A program made the translations under genes and the position numbers. From Chloroflexota bacterium (GTDB taxonomy: Bacteria > Chloroflexota > UBA11872), in assembly GCA_965263075.1 (NCBI GenBank), contig CBDHGI010000006.1:3036281-3100280 (forward strand): a stretch of 64,000 nucleotides of DNA. The letters are read 5' to 3'. This document shows, piece by piece, positions 49,371 to 58,413 of this stretch. The stretch's first letter is position 1. Each line of letters begins with the position of its first letter. Under the pieces are notes generated by a model. That model saw only the letters and a list, made by a program, of their open reading frames with translations, was not told the origin of the DNA and made no database searches.

Positions 49371-51278
49371 TCAGCTTGCCAGCGGAGGGGCGAGGCCGAA
49401 GGCCCGCATGTATTCGGTTCCGACGTTGGCTATCCGGACCTGCTGGCCGGCCGGCGCTTCGGGAATCCACTCCAGCCGGACGCGCTGGAAGTGCTGGACG
49501 GTGCGCCCATTCTCGACGACTTCCTGGGAGATGGGGTAGCCGAAGCGGTCAAGTCCGCCCTGAGATTCCCAGAACTGTAGAAAGCCGAAGTGGGCGCTGT
49601 GGCCGGTCTCCGGAAAGTAGCGGTGCTGGGGGACGCTGGGGAAGGGGGTGTCGCCGGCGAACGGACGGCGCGGGGCGGTCAAGGCGTCGTTGAGCAGCCC
49701 CAGTTGCGTCTCGTACGGCGTGCCGGCCAGTTCGGGGTGGTATTCAAAGCGCGCCCGCTCGAAGTACTGGACCGTGCGCCCGCGTTCGTTGAATTCCTCG
49801 GTGAGGGGCAACCCGAAGGCAGACAGCCCGCTGCGGGCGTTGAAGTACTTGAGGAAGCCGTGGCGCACGTTGTGGCCGGTCTTGTCGAAGTAGATGGACT
49901 GACCGCCCGCAAGATTCAGGGGCGCGGCGCGTTGGATCAGCGGGTAGTTGCGTACGACGGCGAAGCGGGTGCTGTAGAGCAGTCCGGCGTCCCGTGGGGT
50001 GCGCTGGTTGAAGCGGAGCGCGAAGTTCCAGGCGCTAATCGTTTGCTGTCCACGCTGGCCCTTGAGACCGACGATGATGAGGCGGCCGGTGGGCGTGCGG
50101 TGACTGAAGTCCAGCGACTCAAGCGTGCCGATCGACTCCTGGTACAGGCCTTGCAAGAGACTGGCGGAGAACTCAGGCGTCGACCAGGTGCTCAATGGCG
50201 AATCAGCGTCCCAGGCCCGGCCGTTAGGGTCGATGTCGACGACCGACCGCAGATATGGGAGCGGGCTGCCGCCGAATACGTCCTCGTTGGCTTCGGTGCG
50301 TCCATTCCCCGAGCTGAAGAAGTAGGCCAGGATGGGTTGGCCGGCGTGGGTCATTACGCGCCGGGCCGTGGCCTGGACGGCGGCGGTCGTCTCGGCTCTT
50401 TCATGGTTGAGACCGAGATAGACTTGGTCTTGCGTAGTGTCGAGGGCGTCCCAGGCTGGGTTCCCGGGTTTGAGCCCGTTGACGGCGTAGGTGCGGGCGG
50501 CCATCGACTGGGCCTTGAGAGCCTCGGCGGGCCAGTCATAGGGCATCTCGGCCGGCACGACACCGACTAGGTAGTTCTCGATGCTGACGACGTTTACGGT
50601 GTCGATGAGTCCTTGCGCGTCGTGGTGGACCCGAATCGAACCGCGGTAGACGTCGTAGTACTGCCCCGGGGCGCCGGCTACCTGGTCGGTGTACTTGTAG
50701 TGCACCTGCAGGCGGGTCTGGGGCTCGAGGGGGACGACCTCGATCTGGCCGGAGAGATCAAAGTCGAGGATGTGGCCGCCGGCCGCGTTGATCAAGCGCA
50801 CGGTGATGCGGTGGGCACCGGGGTGGTCCAGTAACCGCAAGCGCGCGCCCGCCGGCAGGGCATCGGTGACGCCCGAAATGGCCCACTGCCCTCCGACGCC
50901 AATGATGTCGCCAGCCAGTCCATTGGAGGACGGGGCCGCGCCGTCGATTGAGGACGGGCGGTAGTCCTGGCTGATCAGAACACGGATCTGGGTCTGATCG
51001 GTCGGGGAGTCCGTGATATCGATGCCGGTGTAGTAGGCGCGGACAATCTGATCGGCGGTCTGTCCGGCCAACGCCCGTCCGCGGGCGCCCCACTGCGACA
51101 TGCCGACGCCGTGGCCCCAGCCCTGGCCCTCGATTCGAATGGTCTGGCCGCCCTGGAGCGGCAGCACGTCGGCTCGGGCCGGGGCCGGGGAGGCGACGGC
51201 CAGCGCCAAGGCCACGACAAGCGCCAGCAGGCGAAGCGGCCTGATCCAGCGGCGGCCAAGCGGGCCGCGGGCGCTCAT
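49371..51278 (-). CDS. SpoIID/LytB domain protein with signal peptide and C-terminal tandem repeat domain
   Basis: NYLVGVVPAEMPYDWPAEALKAQSMAARTYAV is the SpoIID signature. An N-terminal signal LLALVVALALAVASPAPARA is present, and there are two C-terminal units of about 50 aa. Confidence 0.85.
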   Translation of the reverse strand: MSARGPLGRRWIRPLRLLALVVALALAVASPAPARADVLPLQGGQTIRIEGQGWGHGVGMSQWGARGRALAGQTADQIVRAYYTGIDITDSPTDQTQIRVLISQDYRPSSIDGAAPSSNGLAGDIIGVGGQWAISGVTDALPAGARLRLLDHPGAHRITVRLINAAGGHILDFDLSGQIEVVPLEPQTRLQVHYKYTDQVAGAPGQYYDVYRGSIRVHHDAQGLIDTVNVVSIENYLVGVVPAEMPYDWPAEALKAQSMAARTYAVNGLKPGNPAWDALDTTQDQVYLGLNHERAETTAAVQATARRVMTHAGQPILAYFFSSGNGRTEANEDVFGGSPLPYLRSVVDIDPNGRAWDADSPLSTWSTPEFSASLLQGLYQESIGTLESLDFSHRTPTGRLIIVGLKGQRGQQTISAWNFALRFNQRTPRDAGLLYSTRFAVVRNYPLIQRAAPLNLAGGQSIYFDKTGHNVRHGFLKYFNARSGLSAFGLPLTEEFNERGRTVQYFERARFEYHPELAGTPYETQLGLLNDALTAPRRPFAGDTPFPSVPQHRYFPETGHSAHFGFLQFWESQGGLDRFGYPISQEVVENGRTVQHFQRVRLEWIPEAPAGQQVRIANVGTEYMRAFGLAPPLAS

Positions 51279-51308
51279 GGGTTGGTTGATTCCATGCAGG
51301 TCGCGGCG

Positions 51309-52937
51309 TCAGGCCATGCGTTGGTAGGCGCCGTAGTCGATCGGCGCTTCGATGACGAGAGGCGTGGTAGCTGTCAGACCCTCGCACGCCAAATCCGCCA
51401 CTGCGGTCGCCGAATCAGCCCGCTCGGCGCGAAGGCCGAAGCTACGGGCCAGGGCGGTGAAGTCGGGGGGCGCAAAGTCGTTGGGCGTGGGGTCGTGCTC
51501 AAGCTGTTCAGCCTTGAGGCGGATGAGCGCCAGCGAGGCGTCGACCAGCACCAGGTAGACCATCCCGGCCGGTCGCAGGCGTGCGAGGGTGGCCAGTTCG
51601 CCGGCGAACATCAGCGCGCCGCCGTCGCCACTCACAGCCAAGGTTGGACGGTCGGGACGCACCAGTTTGAGCGAGAGGGCACTGGGCAGCGCCCAGCCCA
51701 TGCCGGACAGCCCGTTGGCAACGAAGTAGGTGTCGGGCGCCGGCGCGTCCCAATACTGGGCGAGGTAGAGCTTGTGCATCCCGACGTCGGAAACCAGGGC
51801 CGTGTCGGACGGGGCGGCGGCGCGAATGGCCTGGAAGAGCGGGTCAACGGCGATACCGTCGTCGGGAGCGTCGGCGGGGTGATCGGTACCGGGAGGGCTG
51901 GCCTGGAGGTCTTCGCGCGCGATCCGGCGCGCTTTGGCGGCGCGGGCGTCGCCTTCGACGCGTTGCTCTGGCCGGTCGACCGTTGCCAGGCGCTCGAGCA
52001 TGTGGGCGACGTGGCCGACGATCGCAGTGTGCGGCAGCGAGCCGTCATGCAGGTCGTGGGCGGTGAGGTTGACGCCGGCGGGTCCATCCCACGGCCAAAT
52101 GAGGTCGACGCCGTCCATGCCGACGCCCAGCACCAGATCGGCGGCGCCGAGGAGTTCGAAAACGCCGCGTGAGCCATAGGACGCCAGCGTGCCGGCGTGC
52201 AGCGGGTGATTGCCCGGAAACCAGCCGCGCGCCTTGACCTGGGTGACGACCGGAATATCGGCGGCGATAACCAGCCGAGCGAAGTGTTTGGCGATGGCCA
52301 GCGTGCGGGCTTCCAGGCCGAGAACAGCCACCGGCTCTTTGGCCTCGGCCAGCCGCGCTTGGACTTGTGCAAGCTCGAGCGGGATGACGGGCGTAACCGG
52401 CGAGCCATTTTGGGATGCGGTGGGCGTTGACGCCGCCGGCAGTGTCGCGACCGAGCTTGGTACGGACAGGAGAGCCCCGCCGGGCATGCCTTGGGTGGCA
52501 GCCGACCATGCTGCGGGTACGACCGTGCCCACGTTGTCCGGGCTGACGCGGGCGCTGTACTTGACCGCTGGGGCAAACGCGCCCGGGATGTTGAAGACCT
52601 GGTGGCGCTGGCCGGCGGCTTCGTGCGGCGTGACGTCAGCCGTCAGGCCGAGCACCGGGGAGCGTTCCAAGGTGGCCTGCGCGAGCCCGGCGAAGAGGTT
52701 GGCGGCGCCGGGTCCGAGCGTGCTGACGCAGACGCCAGGCCGCCCGGTGAGCTGGCCTTCGGTGTCGGCCATGTAGGCGGCGGCCGCCTCGTGGTGAGTC
52801 AGCGTGAATTCGACCCCGTGGCGCTGGAGGGCGTCGAGTAGCGGCAGAATTTCACCGCCGGTGACACCGTAGACGCGGCGGACGCCCTGCTGGGCCAGGA
52901 AGGCGGCGATGGCGTCGGCGACGGTCAGGTCAGGCAA
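51309..52937 (-). CDS. thiamine pyrophosphate-binding protein (acetolactate-synthase-like)
   Basis: N-terminal ..GVRRVYGVTGGEILPLLDAL.. and the TPP-binding GDGGALMFAGELATL motif. Confidence 0.85.
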   Translation of the reverse strand: MPDLTVADAIAAFLAQQGVRRVYGVTGGEILPLLDALQRHGVEFTLTHHEAAAAYMADTEGQLTGRPGVCVSTLGPGAANLFAGLAQATLERSPVLGLTADVTPHEAAGQRHQVFNIPGAFAPAVKYSARVSPDNVGTVVPAAWSAATQGMPGGALLSVPSSVATLPAASTPTASQNGSPVTPVIPLELAQVQARLAEAKEPVAVLGLEARTLAIAKHFARLVIAADIPVVTQVKARGWFPGNHPLHAGTLASYGSRGVFELLGAADLVLGVGMDGVDLIWPWDGPAGVNLTAHDLHDGSLPHTAIVGHVAHMLERLATVDRPEQRVEGDARAAKARRIAREDLQASPPGTDHPADAPDDGIAVDPLFQAIRAAAPSDTALVSDVGMHKLYLAQYWDAPAPDTYFVANGLSGMGWALPSALSLKLVRPDRPTLAVSGDGGALMFAGELATLARLRPAGMVYLVLVDASLALIRLKAEQLEHDPTPNDFAPPDFTALARSFGLRAERADSATAVADLACEGLTATTPLVIEAPIDYGAYQRMA

Positions 52938-53023
52938 AGGGGGTCGGGTGCAAGCGGAGGCATGTTTTGAGTGTAGGCGAAGGGTGGGGCGTGTTCGGGT
53001 GCCTGTTCATGGTTCGTCTAGCG

Positions 53024-53080
53024 CGTCGCGAATGGGAGGTGGATCGCCACGAATTGGGGCGGCGTAGTGCCACGCGGGTC
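53024..53080. repeat. two to three degenerate units of about 18 nt, related to the array at 54770-54841
   Basis: CGCGAATGGGAGGTGG (53027-42) is followed by CGCCACGAATTGGGGCGG. Compare GTGCGAATGGGAGGTGG and CCGCGAATTGAGGGCG in the other array. Confidence 0.4.
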
Positions 53081-53289
53081 AACTGAGATAGGCGGTGTTC
53101 GTGGTGTCCGGATTCCGGCCCGGAGCGAATCTCCCGCATCAAGTACGGGGCAGGCTGGGCCAGGCTGTTCGCGGGAATGAAGGACACGGCGCGAGGGTGA
53201 TGGAGGGGACGTGGGCGTGTGGGAGTAGGAACTCGATACAGCCAATGAACGGTCGAACCGGCAGTTAGCCGGCTCACTATCGAGTTGCC

Positions 53290-53499
53290 CTACACGCGGA
53301 TGGGCACCTCAACGTATTCGGGCTGCGGGATAGAGAGGCCATCCTCGAGCGTTCCTTCGAGGTGAAACGCGAGCGCCTCTTTCATGTTGCGCCTACATTC
53401 CTCCGGGGTGTCGCCGACTGCGACACATCCCGGAACGTCAGGTGCGTGGGCCGAGTAGTTCGTGCCAGCCCATTCAATTTCAATTCGGTATTGCACCAA
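53290..53499 (-). CDS. HicB family antitoxin (UPF0150-type, short)
   Basis: YRIEIEWAGTNYSAHAPDVPGCVAVGDTPEECRRNMKEALAFHLEG. TTG 53499 and GTG 53496 are preceded by GGAAGGA. Confidence 0.7.
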   Translation of the reverse strand: MVQYRIEIEWAGTNYSAHAPDVPGCVAVGDTPEECRRNMKEALAFHLEGTLEDGLSIPQPEYVEVPIRV

Positions 53500-53709
53500 T
53501 TGCCGTCCTTCCCGCGTACCTGCCTCCGAATACTGGCCCAGGCCCCGGGCGACTATGCTGAGCTGGGCTTTGTGGGGTGCCTGTACTGGCGATGACTGCC
53601 GCGTATGTGAACCAGCCGCCAGTTCGCTGAACCCTTGGAGCCTCTGTGTGGGACTAGGTCCACAGCCGATCAACGGCGATCGCAATGGCAACGGCCAACC
53701 CAGTCGCAC
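53500..53709 (-). pseudogene. possible degenerate HicA-like toxin remnant, in frame with hicB
   Basis: ..RLQGFSELAAGSHTRQSSPVQAPHKAQLSIVARGLGQYSEAG.. loosely follows the HicA pattern (G[FW]....GSH....PH......G.....AG), with a shortened middle. No stop codon separates it from the HicB part. Confidence 0.3.
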
Positions 53710-53868
53710 TCAGCATCAAGCCGAGCATCCACTTGATCAGGCGTGCCTCGAGGGCGTGGAGGTCGGCGCGTAAGTCAGCCAGATCAGCCTTGGTGCATAG
53801 TGCGCCAGCGTGCGGTCCAGTTCGTCGCGCAAGTCTTGACGCGTGAGCGGCGTTGCGTCAGCCGCCAT
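53654..53868 (-). pseudogene. frameshifted paralogue of the tail-anchored coiled-coil mini-protein at 54289-54525
   Basis: MAADATPLTRQDLRDELDRTLAHYA runs in frame, then 1 nt is missing near 53794 (CCTTGGT-GCATAG versus CCTTGGTCGCATAG in copy 2). The restored frame reads ..KADLADLRADLHALEARLIKWMLGLMLSATGLAVAIAIAV.. and ends at 53654. Confidence 0.55.
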
Positions 53869-54288
53869 GGTGGTTAACTCTCCTCCCGCCCAATTTCCAA
53901 TTCGGTCTTTTGACAGTTGCACTTCGGGTCAAGGTTCGCAATGGAACACGAACCGGTTCGTGGGTTGCTCTGGCTTGACAGGGTTGGGACGTACGGGCGT
54001 GACCCGGCCTCGGCCTGGCTAGCGATGGCGGGGTCGAAGGACTTGGTCGTGGTTCAACAGGGTTGGTGCGGACGGCAAAGGCTTAGGTGTGGGGAACGGA
54101 CCCCTGCGTTCTTTGGGGTGCGGCTGGCGCGCGGGTGGATACCCGCATGCGCGCGTATGACGGATGGGGCGGCGTAGTGTGGGTGCCTCGGGCGACGTGC
54201 TGGAGGGTTTAAGGGTCTTGGTGGGAGATCTGGTTCGACGGGGGATCTTGGACCTAGCCTGGGCTGCTCTACATTCGGTGTCAGGCGC

Positions 54289-54525
54289 CTAACTGAAGAA
54301 TCGGACTATTAGTCCAGTGACAGCCGCAGCGGCGCTGACCGATCCGAGCACGGCTATCACCATCCAGCGGGTCAAACTGTGCAGGTCGGACTTGAATTCG
54401 GCCCGCGCGGCGTGGAGGTCGGCGCGCAAGTCGGCCAGATCAGCCTTGGTCGCATAGTGCGCCAGCGCGCGATCGAGTTCGTCGCGCAAGTCGTCGCGTG
54501 TGAGCGGGACAGCGTTCGCGGCCAC
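54289..54525 (-). CDS. small tail-anchored coiled-coil membrane protein (78 aa; DUF1640/XhlA-like architecture)
   Basis: GTG 54525 is preceded by GGGAGGAG. The sequence is VAANAVPLTRDDLRDELDRALAHYATKADLADLRADLHAARAEFKSDLHSLTRWMVIAVLGSVSAAAAVTGLIVRFFS. The rest of the 407-aa track ORF is implausible. Confidence 0.6.
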   Translation of the reverse strand: MAANAVPLTRDDLRDELDRALAHYATKADLADLRADLHAARAEFKSDLHSLTRWMVIAVLGSVSAAAAVTGLIVRFFS

Positions 54526-54769
54526 GGTGCTGAACTCTCCTCCCGCCCGGATGTCAATCCGACATTTCGATGGTTGCACTGAACGTGATGGTAGGCAACC
54601 GGAACACGACCAGGGTCGAGGGCTGCTCTGACGTGACCGCGCTGGGACGAACGGACGTGGTTCAGGCTCGGGCTGGCAAGGGGTCGCGTGTTGCCACGCG
54701 AGTCGCCTCAGTTGGGCGGTGTTCATGGCGCCTGGAGGCAGAGTGCTCGGGTGGGTTGGCTGCTTGGTT

Positions 54770-54841
54770 CGTGGTTCGACAAGCGCACCACGAACGGGAG
54801 GCGCACCGCGAATTGAGGGCGCAGTGCGAATGGGAGGTGGC
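54770..54841. repeat. four tandem degenerate 18-nt repeats
   Basis: The units are CGTGGTTCGACAAGCGCA, CCACGAACGGGAGGCGCA, CCGCGAATTGAGGGCGCA and GTGCGAATGGGAGGTGGC. Confidence 0.6.
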
Positions 54842-54927
54842 GACGGATACTCGCGTTCGCGGGTGTGACGGGTGGGGTCAAGGGCTGTTTTTATACTGGG
54901 TGACTGTCCCCGAGGCCGTTTGTAGGT

Positions 54928-55632
54928 TTGGTGCGCCTCATGCCAGCGCCGGTCGTTACGATTGACGGCCCCGTGGGGTCGGGCAAGAGCACGGTCGGGC
55001 AGTTGCTGGCCGAGCGGCGCGGTTACCTGTGCCTGGACAGCGGGCTGTTCTACCGGGCGGCGGCGCTGGCGGTGCTGCGGGCTGGAGCGACGCCCACGGA
55101 CGCCGCAGAGGTGTTGCCAGCAATCGAGAAGCTCGATTTGGAGTTCCGGCCTGAGACCGAAGGGGCGTACCGCACACGGGTGCTGTCCGGGGGCGAGGAC
55201 GTGACGGAGGGCGTGTACAGCGCGGAGGTGGAGGCGATCGTGTCGGATGTATCGCGGTTGCCGGAGGTCCGGGCCCACCTGCTGGGTGAACAGCGGCGGG
55301 TGATCGGGCAGGGCGGCGTGGTGGCGCTGGGGCGCGACATCGGCACGGTGGTCTGGCCGGAGGCCGACTTGAAGGTGTTCCTGGACGCCCCGCTGGAGAT
55401 GCGCGCCGTGCGCAAGTGGCAGCAGCGGCACGCGGACGGCGAGTGCATCGACCTGGCGCACGTGCGCCGTCTGCTGCGGACGCGGGATCGAATTGATAGC
55501 ACGCGGACGCACGCGCCGTTGGCGGCAGCGGCCGACGCGGTACGGATCGACTCGGCGAATCGAAGTCCAGCCGAGATCGTCGATCAGGTCGAGTCGCTGC
55601 TGCGGGAACGTGAGCTCGGCCGTGGGGCGTGA
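54928..55632 (+). CDS. cmk: (d)CMP kinase
   Basis: VVTIDGPVGSGKSTVGQLLAERRGYLCLDSGLFYRAAA. An alternative start is ATG 54940. Confidence 0.92.
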   Translation: MVRLMPAPVVTIDGPVGSGKSTVGQLLAERRGYLCLDSGLFYRAAALAVLRAGATPTDAAEVLPAIEKLDLEFRPETEGAYRTRVLSGGEDVTEGVYSAEVEAIVSDVSRLPEVRAHLLGEQRRVIGQGGVVALGRDIGTVVWPEADLKVFLDAPLEMRAVRKWQQRHADGECIDLAHVRRLLRTRDRIDSTRTHAPLAAAADAVRIDSANRSPAEIVDQVESLLRERELGRGA

Positions 55633-56305
55633 GCTGCGCCGGGACTCCAGCTGGAAACCCCGTTGGATAATCTCAACGATCTACGCCTTCTGGCAGCTCC
55701 TGGGACGCTTCGTGGTGTTTCCGTTCCTGTTCCGGGTCCGCGTGGAGGGTTTGCAGCGGGTTCCCGACGAGGGCGCGTGCATCGTGGCGTCCAATCACTT
55801 CACGAATTTCGATCCGATCCTGACGGGCTCGTACATACGGCGCTACCTGACCTTCATGTCGAAGCGCGAGATGGTGGAGTCGCTCACGGTCGGCTGGCTC
55901 TGCCGCGCCTGGGGCGTGCTGCCGGTGAACCGGGACGGCATGGACTTGCCGGCGGTGCGGCAGATGCTGCGGATTCTGCGAAGCGGCCAGGCGATGGTGA
56001 TGTATCCCGAAGGCACGCGCAGCCGCGACGGGAAGCTGCACGAGCCGCAGCCAGGGGCGGCCTATGCGGCGCTGAAACTGGGCGTTCCGATCATTCCCGT
56101 GTCAATCTGGGGCACCGAAGCCTTTACCTGGCGTCGGCGACTCCTGAAGGGGCGTCCGCCAGTGCATCTGCGCGTCGGTGAACCGCTGGACCTGGGACGC
56201 CACCCCGGCAGAATCCCGGACGAGGAGCTACAGGCTGCGGGCGACACCATCATGCTGGCGATTGCCGCCGGTTTGCCGCCACGCTATCGAGGCCCGTATG
56301 GCTAA
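55622..56305 (+). CDS. plsC: 1-acyl-sn-glycerol-3-phosphate acyltransferase
   Basis: NHFTNFD (the NHxxxxD motif) and YPEGTRSRDG. GTG 55622 is chosen so the gene does not run through cmk; the start is uncertain. Confidence 0.85.
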   Translation: MGRELRRDSSWKPRWIISTIYAFWQLLGRFVVFPFLFRVRVEGLQRVPDEGACIVASNHFTNFDPILTGSYIRRYLTFMSKREMVESLTVGWLCRAWGVLPVNRDGMDLPAVRQMLRILRSGQAMVMYPEGTRSRDGKLHEPQPGAAYAALKLGVPIIPVSIWGTEAFTWRRRLLKGRPPVHLRVGEPLDLGRHPGRIPDEELQAAGDTIMLAIAAGLPPRYRGPYG

Positions 56306-57653
56306 GGGCAGCTCTGGCGGGTCCGGGCCGGCGGCTCAGGTTGCGGTCGGCGCCGCGCTGGTTGCGATCGTGGGACGACCCAACGTGGGCAAGTCGACGC
56401 TGTTCAATCGCCTGATGGGCTCGCGCGTGGCCGTGGTGGCCGACGAACCAGGGACGACGCGGGACCGAATCTACGGGGAGATCGAGTGGCGGGGGCGCGG
56501 CCTGGCGATCGTGGATACGGCGGGCATTGCCTGGCGCAACCCGGCGCCCGTGGCGGCGCATGCCGAAGCGCAGGCGCGCCTGGCGGCGGCGGAGGCGGAC
56601 CTGGCGCTGATCGTGACGGATGCGACGACAGGTCCGACCGAACTGGACCGGGCCGTAGCCCGCGAGGTGTTGCGGGCGGGACGGGCGCACCTGCTGGTGG
56701 TCAACAAGGTGGACGCGCCGCAGCATCGGGAGCTCGTGCCCGAGTTCTACACCCTGGGCCTGGGCGATCCCATCGCCATTTCCGCCATGCACGGGACAGC
56801 GACCGGCGATTTGTTGGATGCGATTTCCGAACGCCTGCCTGGCACGGATTACCGTGCGGTGGCTGACACGCGGCCGCGGATCGCCATTGTGGGGCGGCCG
56901 AACGTCGGCAAGTCCTCGTTGCTGAACGCGCTGCTGGGCGAAGCGCGTGCGCTGGTGCACGACGCGCCCGGGACGACGCGGGACAGCGTGGACACGCTGG
57001 TGGAGTGGGAAGGCAACGAAATTTGGCTGGTGGACACGGCCGGCATCCGCCGCCGCGGCCACATTTCACGCGGCATCGAGCAGCACAGCGTGCTGCGGGC
57101 GATGCGCTCGATGCAGCACGCCGACGTCGGGGTGGTGGTGATCGACGCGTTTGAAGGGCCGACCGCGCAGGACGCGCACGTGGCGGGCTTCGTGCTGGAC
57201 GCCGGCAAAGGCGTGACGGTTGCCGCGAACAAGTGGGACCTGGTGCGAGGCAAGGAGGAGGTGGCGCGGGTGGAGCACCACCTGGCGCGCATCTTCCACT
57301 TCCTGCCGCAGAGTCCGCTGGCGCGGATTTCGGCAAAGACGGGACGCAACCTGGATCACGTGCTGCCGATGGCGCTGGAGATTCACCGAACGCGGGGACA
57401 ACGCATTCCGACCTCGAGGCTGAACGCTTTCCTGCGCGCATGGGTAGGGCGTCGGGATCTGCCGTCGCGGCGCGGACGCGCGGCCCGGTTCAAGTACGCC
57501 ACACAGACGGGAACCGCGCCGCCGGAGTTCACGCTGTTCTTTTCAAATCCCGAGCACGTGCACCGCAGCTACGCGCGGTATCTGGAGAACGGACTGCGGC
57601 AGGAGTTCGGGTTTGACGGCACGCCGGTGCGGCTGAGTTTGCGGGCGTCCTGA
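56298..57653 (+). CDS. der: ribosome biogenesis GTPase Der (EngA)
   Basis: Two GTPase domains (IVGRPNVGKSTLFNRL and IVGRPNVGKSSLLNAL) plus a KH-like C-terminus. ATG 56298 overlaps the plsC stop. Confidence 0.95.
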   Translation: MAKGSSGGSGPAAQVAVGAALVAIVGRPNVGKSTLFNRLMGSRVAVVADEPGTTRDRIYGEIEWRGRGLAIVDTAGIAWRNPAPVAAHAEAQARLAAAEADLALIVTDATTGPTELDRAVAREVLRAGRAHLLVVNKVDAPQHRELVPEFYTLGLGDPIAISAMHGTATGDLLDAISERLPGTDYRAVADTRPRIAIVGRPNVGKSSLLNALLGEARALVHDAPGTTRDSVDTLVEWEGNEIWLVDTAGIRRRGHISRGIEQHSVLRAMRSMQHADVGVVVIDAFEGPTAQDAHVAGFVLDAGKGVTVAANKWDLVRGKEEVARVEHHLARIFHFLPQSPLARISAKTGRNLDHVLPMALEIHRTRGQRIPTSRLNAFLRAWVGRRDLPSRRGRAARFKYATQTGTAPPEFTLFFSNPEHVHRSYARYLENGLRQEFGFDGTPVRLSLRAS

Positions 57654-57731
57654 GGCGAGCGTTACTGGTTTGACAGCGGCGCGGGTCGCGCGGAAGCTGG
57701 CGGAGTACCGTCGAGTTGTGGTGCGCTCCCG

Positions 57732-58400
57732 GTGACAACCGTCCAAGCCGTGCAGGTTGTTGGCCTTGTTCTCGGCGCGTACCTGCTCGGGGCGGTGCCG
57801 ATGGGGTGGCTGGTGTGCCGCGTGGGCTTCGGGGTCAACATCTTCGAGCACGGCAGCCAGCGCTCGGGCGCGACTAACGTGTATCGCACGGTGGGTCGCG
57901 GCGCGGCGGTGATCGTGTTCGTGGGCGACACGCTGAAGGGCTTTGTCCCGACGTTGCTGGCCCGCCTGCTGGTTGGCGACTTGCAGTTGGTTCCCCTGAT
58001 CGTGGCCGTGGTGGCCACCATGGGGCATAACTGGTCGATTTTTATCGGTCTGCGCGGCGGACGCGGCGTGGCGACAAGCTGGGGGGCCGTGATGGCCCTG
58101 GCGCCGCTGGCCGCGGTGATTGGCGTGCCGATGTTTGTCGCCACCATTGCCATCGGCCGCTACGTCTCCCTGGGCTCGCTGGCCGGCGCGCTTGGGTTTC
58201 TGGTGGGGGCCATTGCGTTCTACGCGCTTGGCCTGGGCATTACCGGCTTCCACGTGAGCCTGATTGCGGTTTTTGTGGTGTTTCTGATCTCGCAGCATCT
58301 CGACAATCTGCAACGCTTGTTTTCCGGCAGGGAGCGCCGCCTGGCGCCGTGGCCGGAACTCATTGGAAGCCGCGGCTCGGGCGACCACGGCAGAGACTGA
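57732..58400 (+). CDS. plsY: glycerol-3-phosphate acyltransferase PlsY
   Basis: YLLGAVPMGWLVCR...HGSQRSGATNVYRTVG..GDTLKG..GHNWSIFIGLRGGRGVAT. Confidence 0.92.
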   Translation: MTTVQAVQVVGLVLGAYLLGAVPMGWLVCRVGFGVNIFEHGSQRSGATNVYRTVGRGAAVIVFVGDTLKGFVPTLLARLLVGDLQLVPLIVAVVATMGHNWSIFIGLRGGRGVATSWGAVMALAPLAAVIGVPMFVATIAIGRYVSLGSLAGALGFLVGAIAFYALGLGITGFHVSLIAVFVVFLISQHLDNLQRLFSGRERRLAPWPELIGSRGSGDHGRD

Positions 58401-58413
58401 CTCAGCGCCGTAG

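Noticed and set aside
52930-53277. 115-aa minus-strand ORF in the spacer after the TPP enzyme
   Set aside because: It crosses the short-repeat units, is rich in Pro/Arg/His/Ser, has no Shine-Dalgarno sequence and matches no family I recognise.
54770-54841. Possible CRISPR array
   Set aside because: The units are 18 nt, directly abutting with no spacers, and degenerate. No cas genes are in the window.
54289-55512. 407-aa minus-strand ORF
   Set aside because: Only the last 78 codons, which have their own GGGAGGAG Shine-Dalgarno and GTG, look protein-like. The rest is antisense to cmk and crosses the 18-nt repeats, giving PxIR-type junk.
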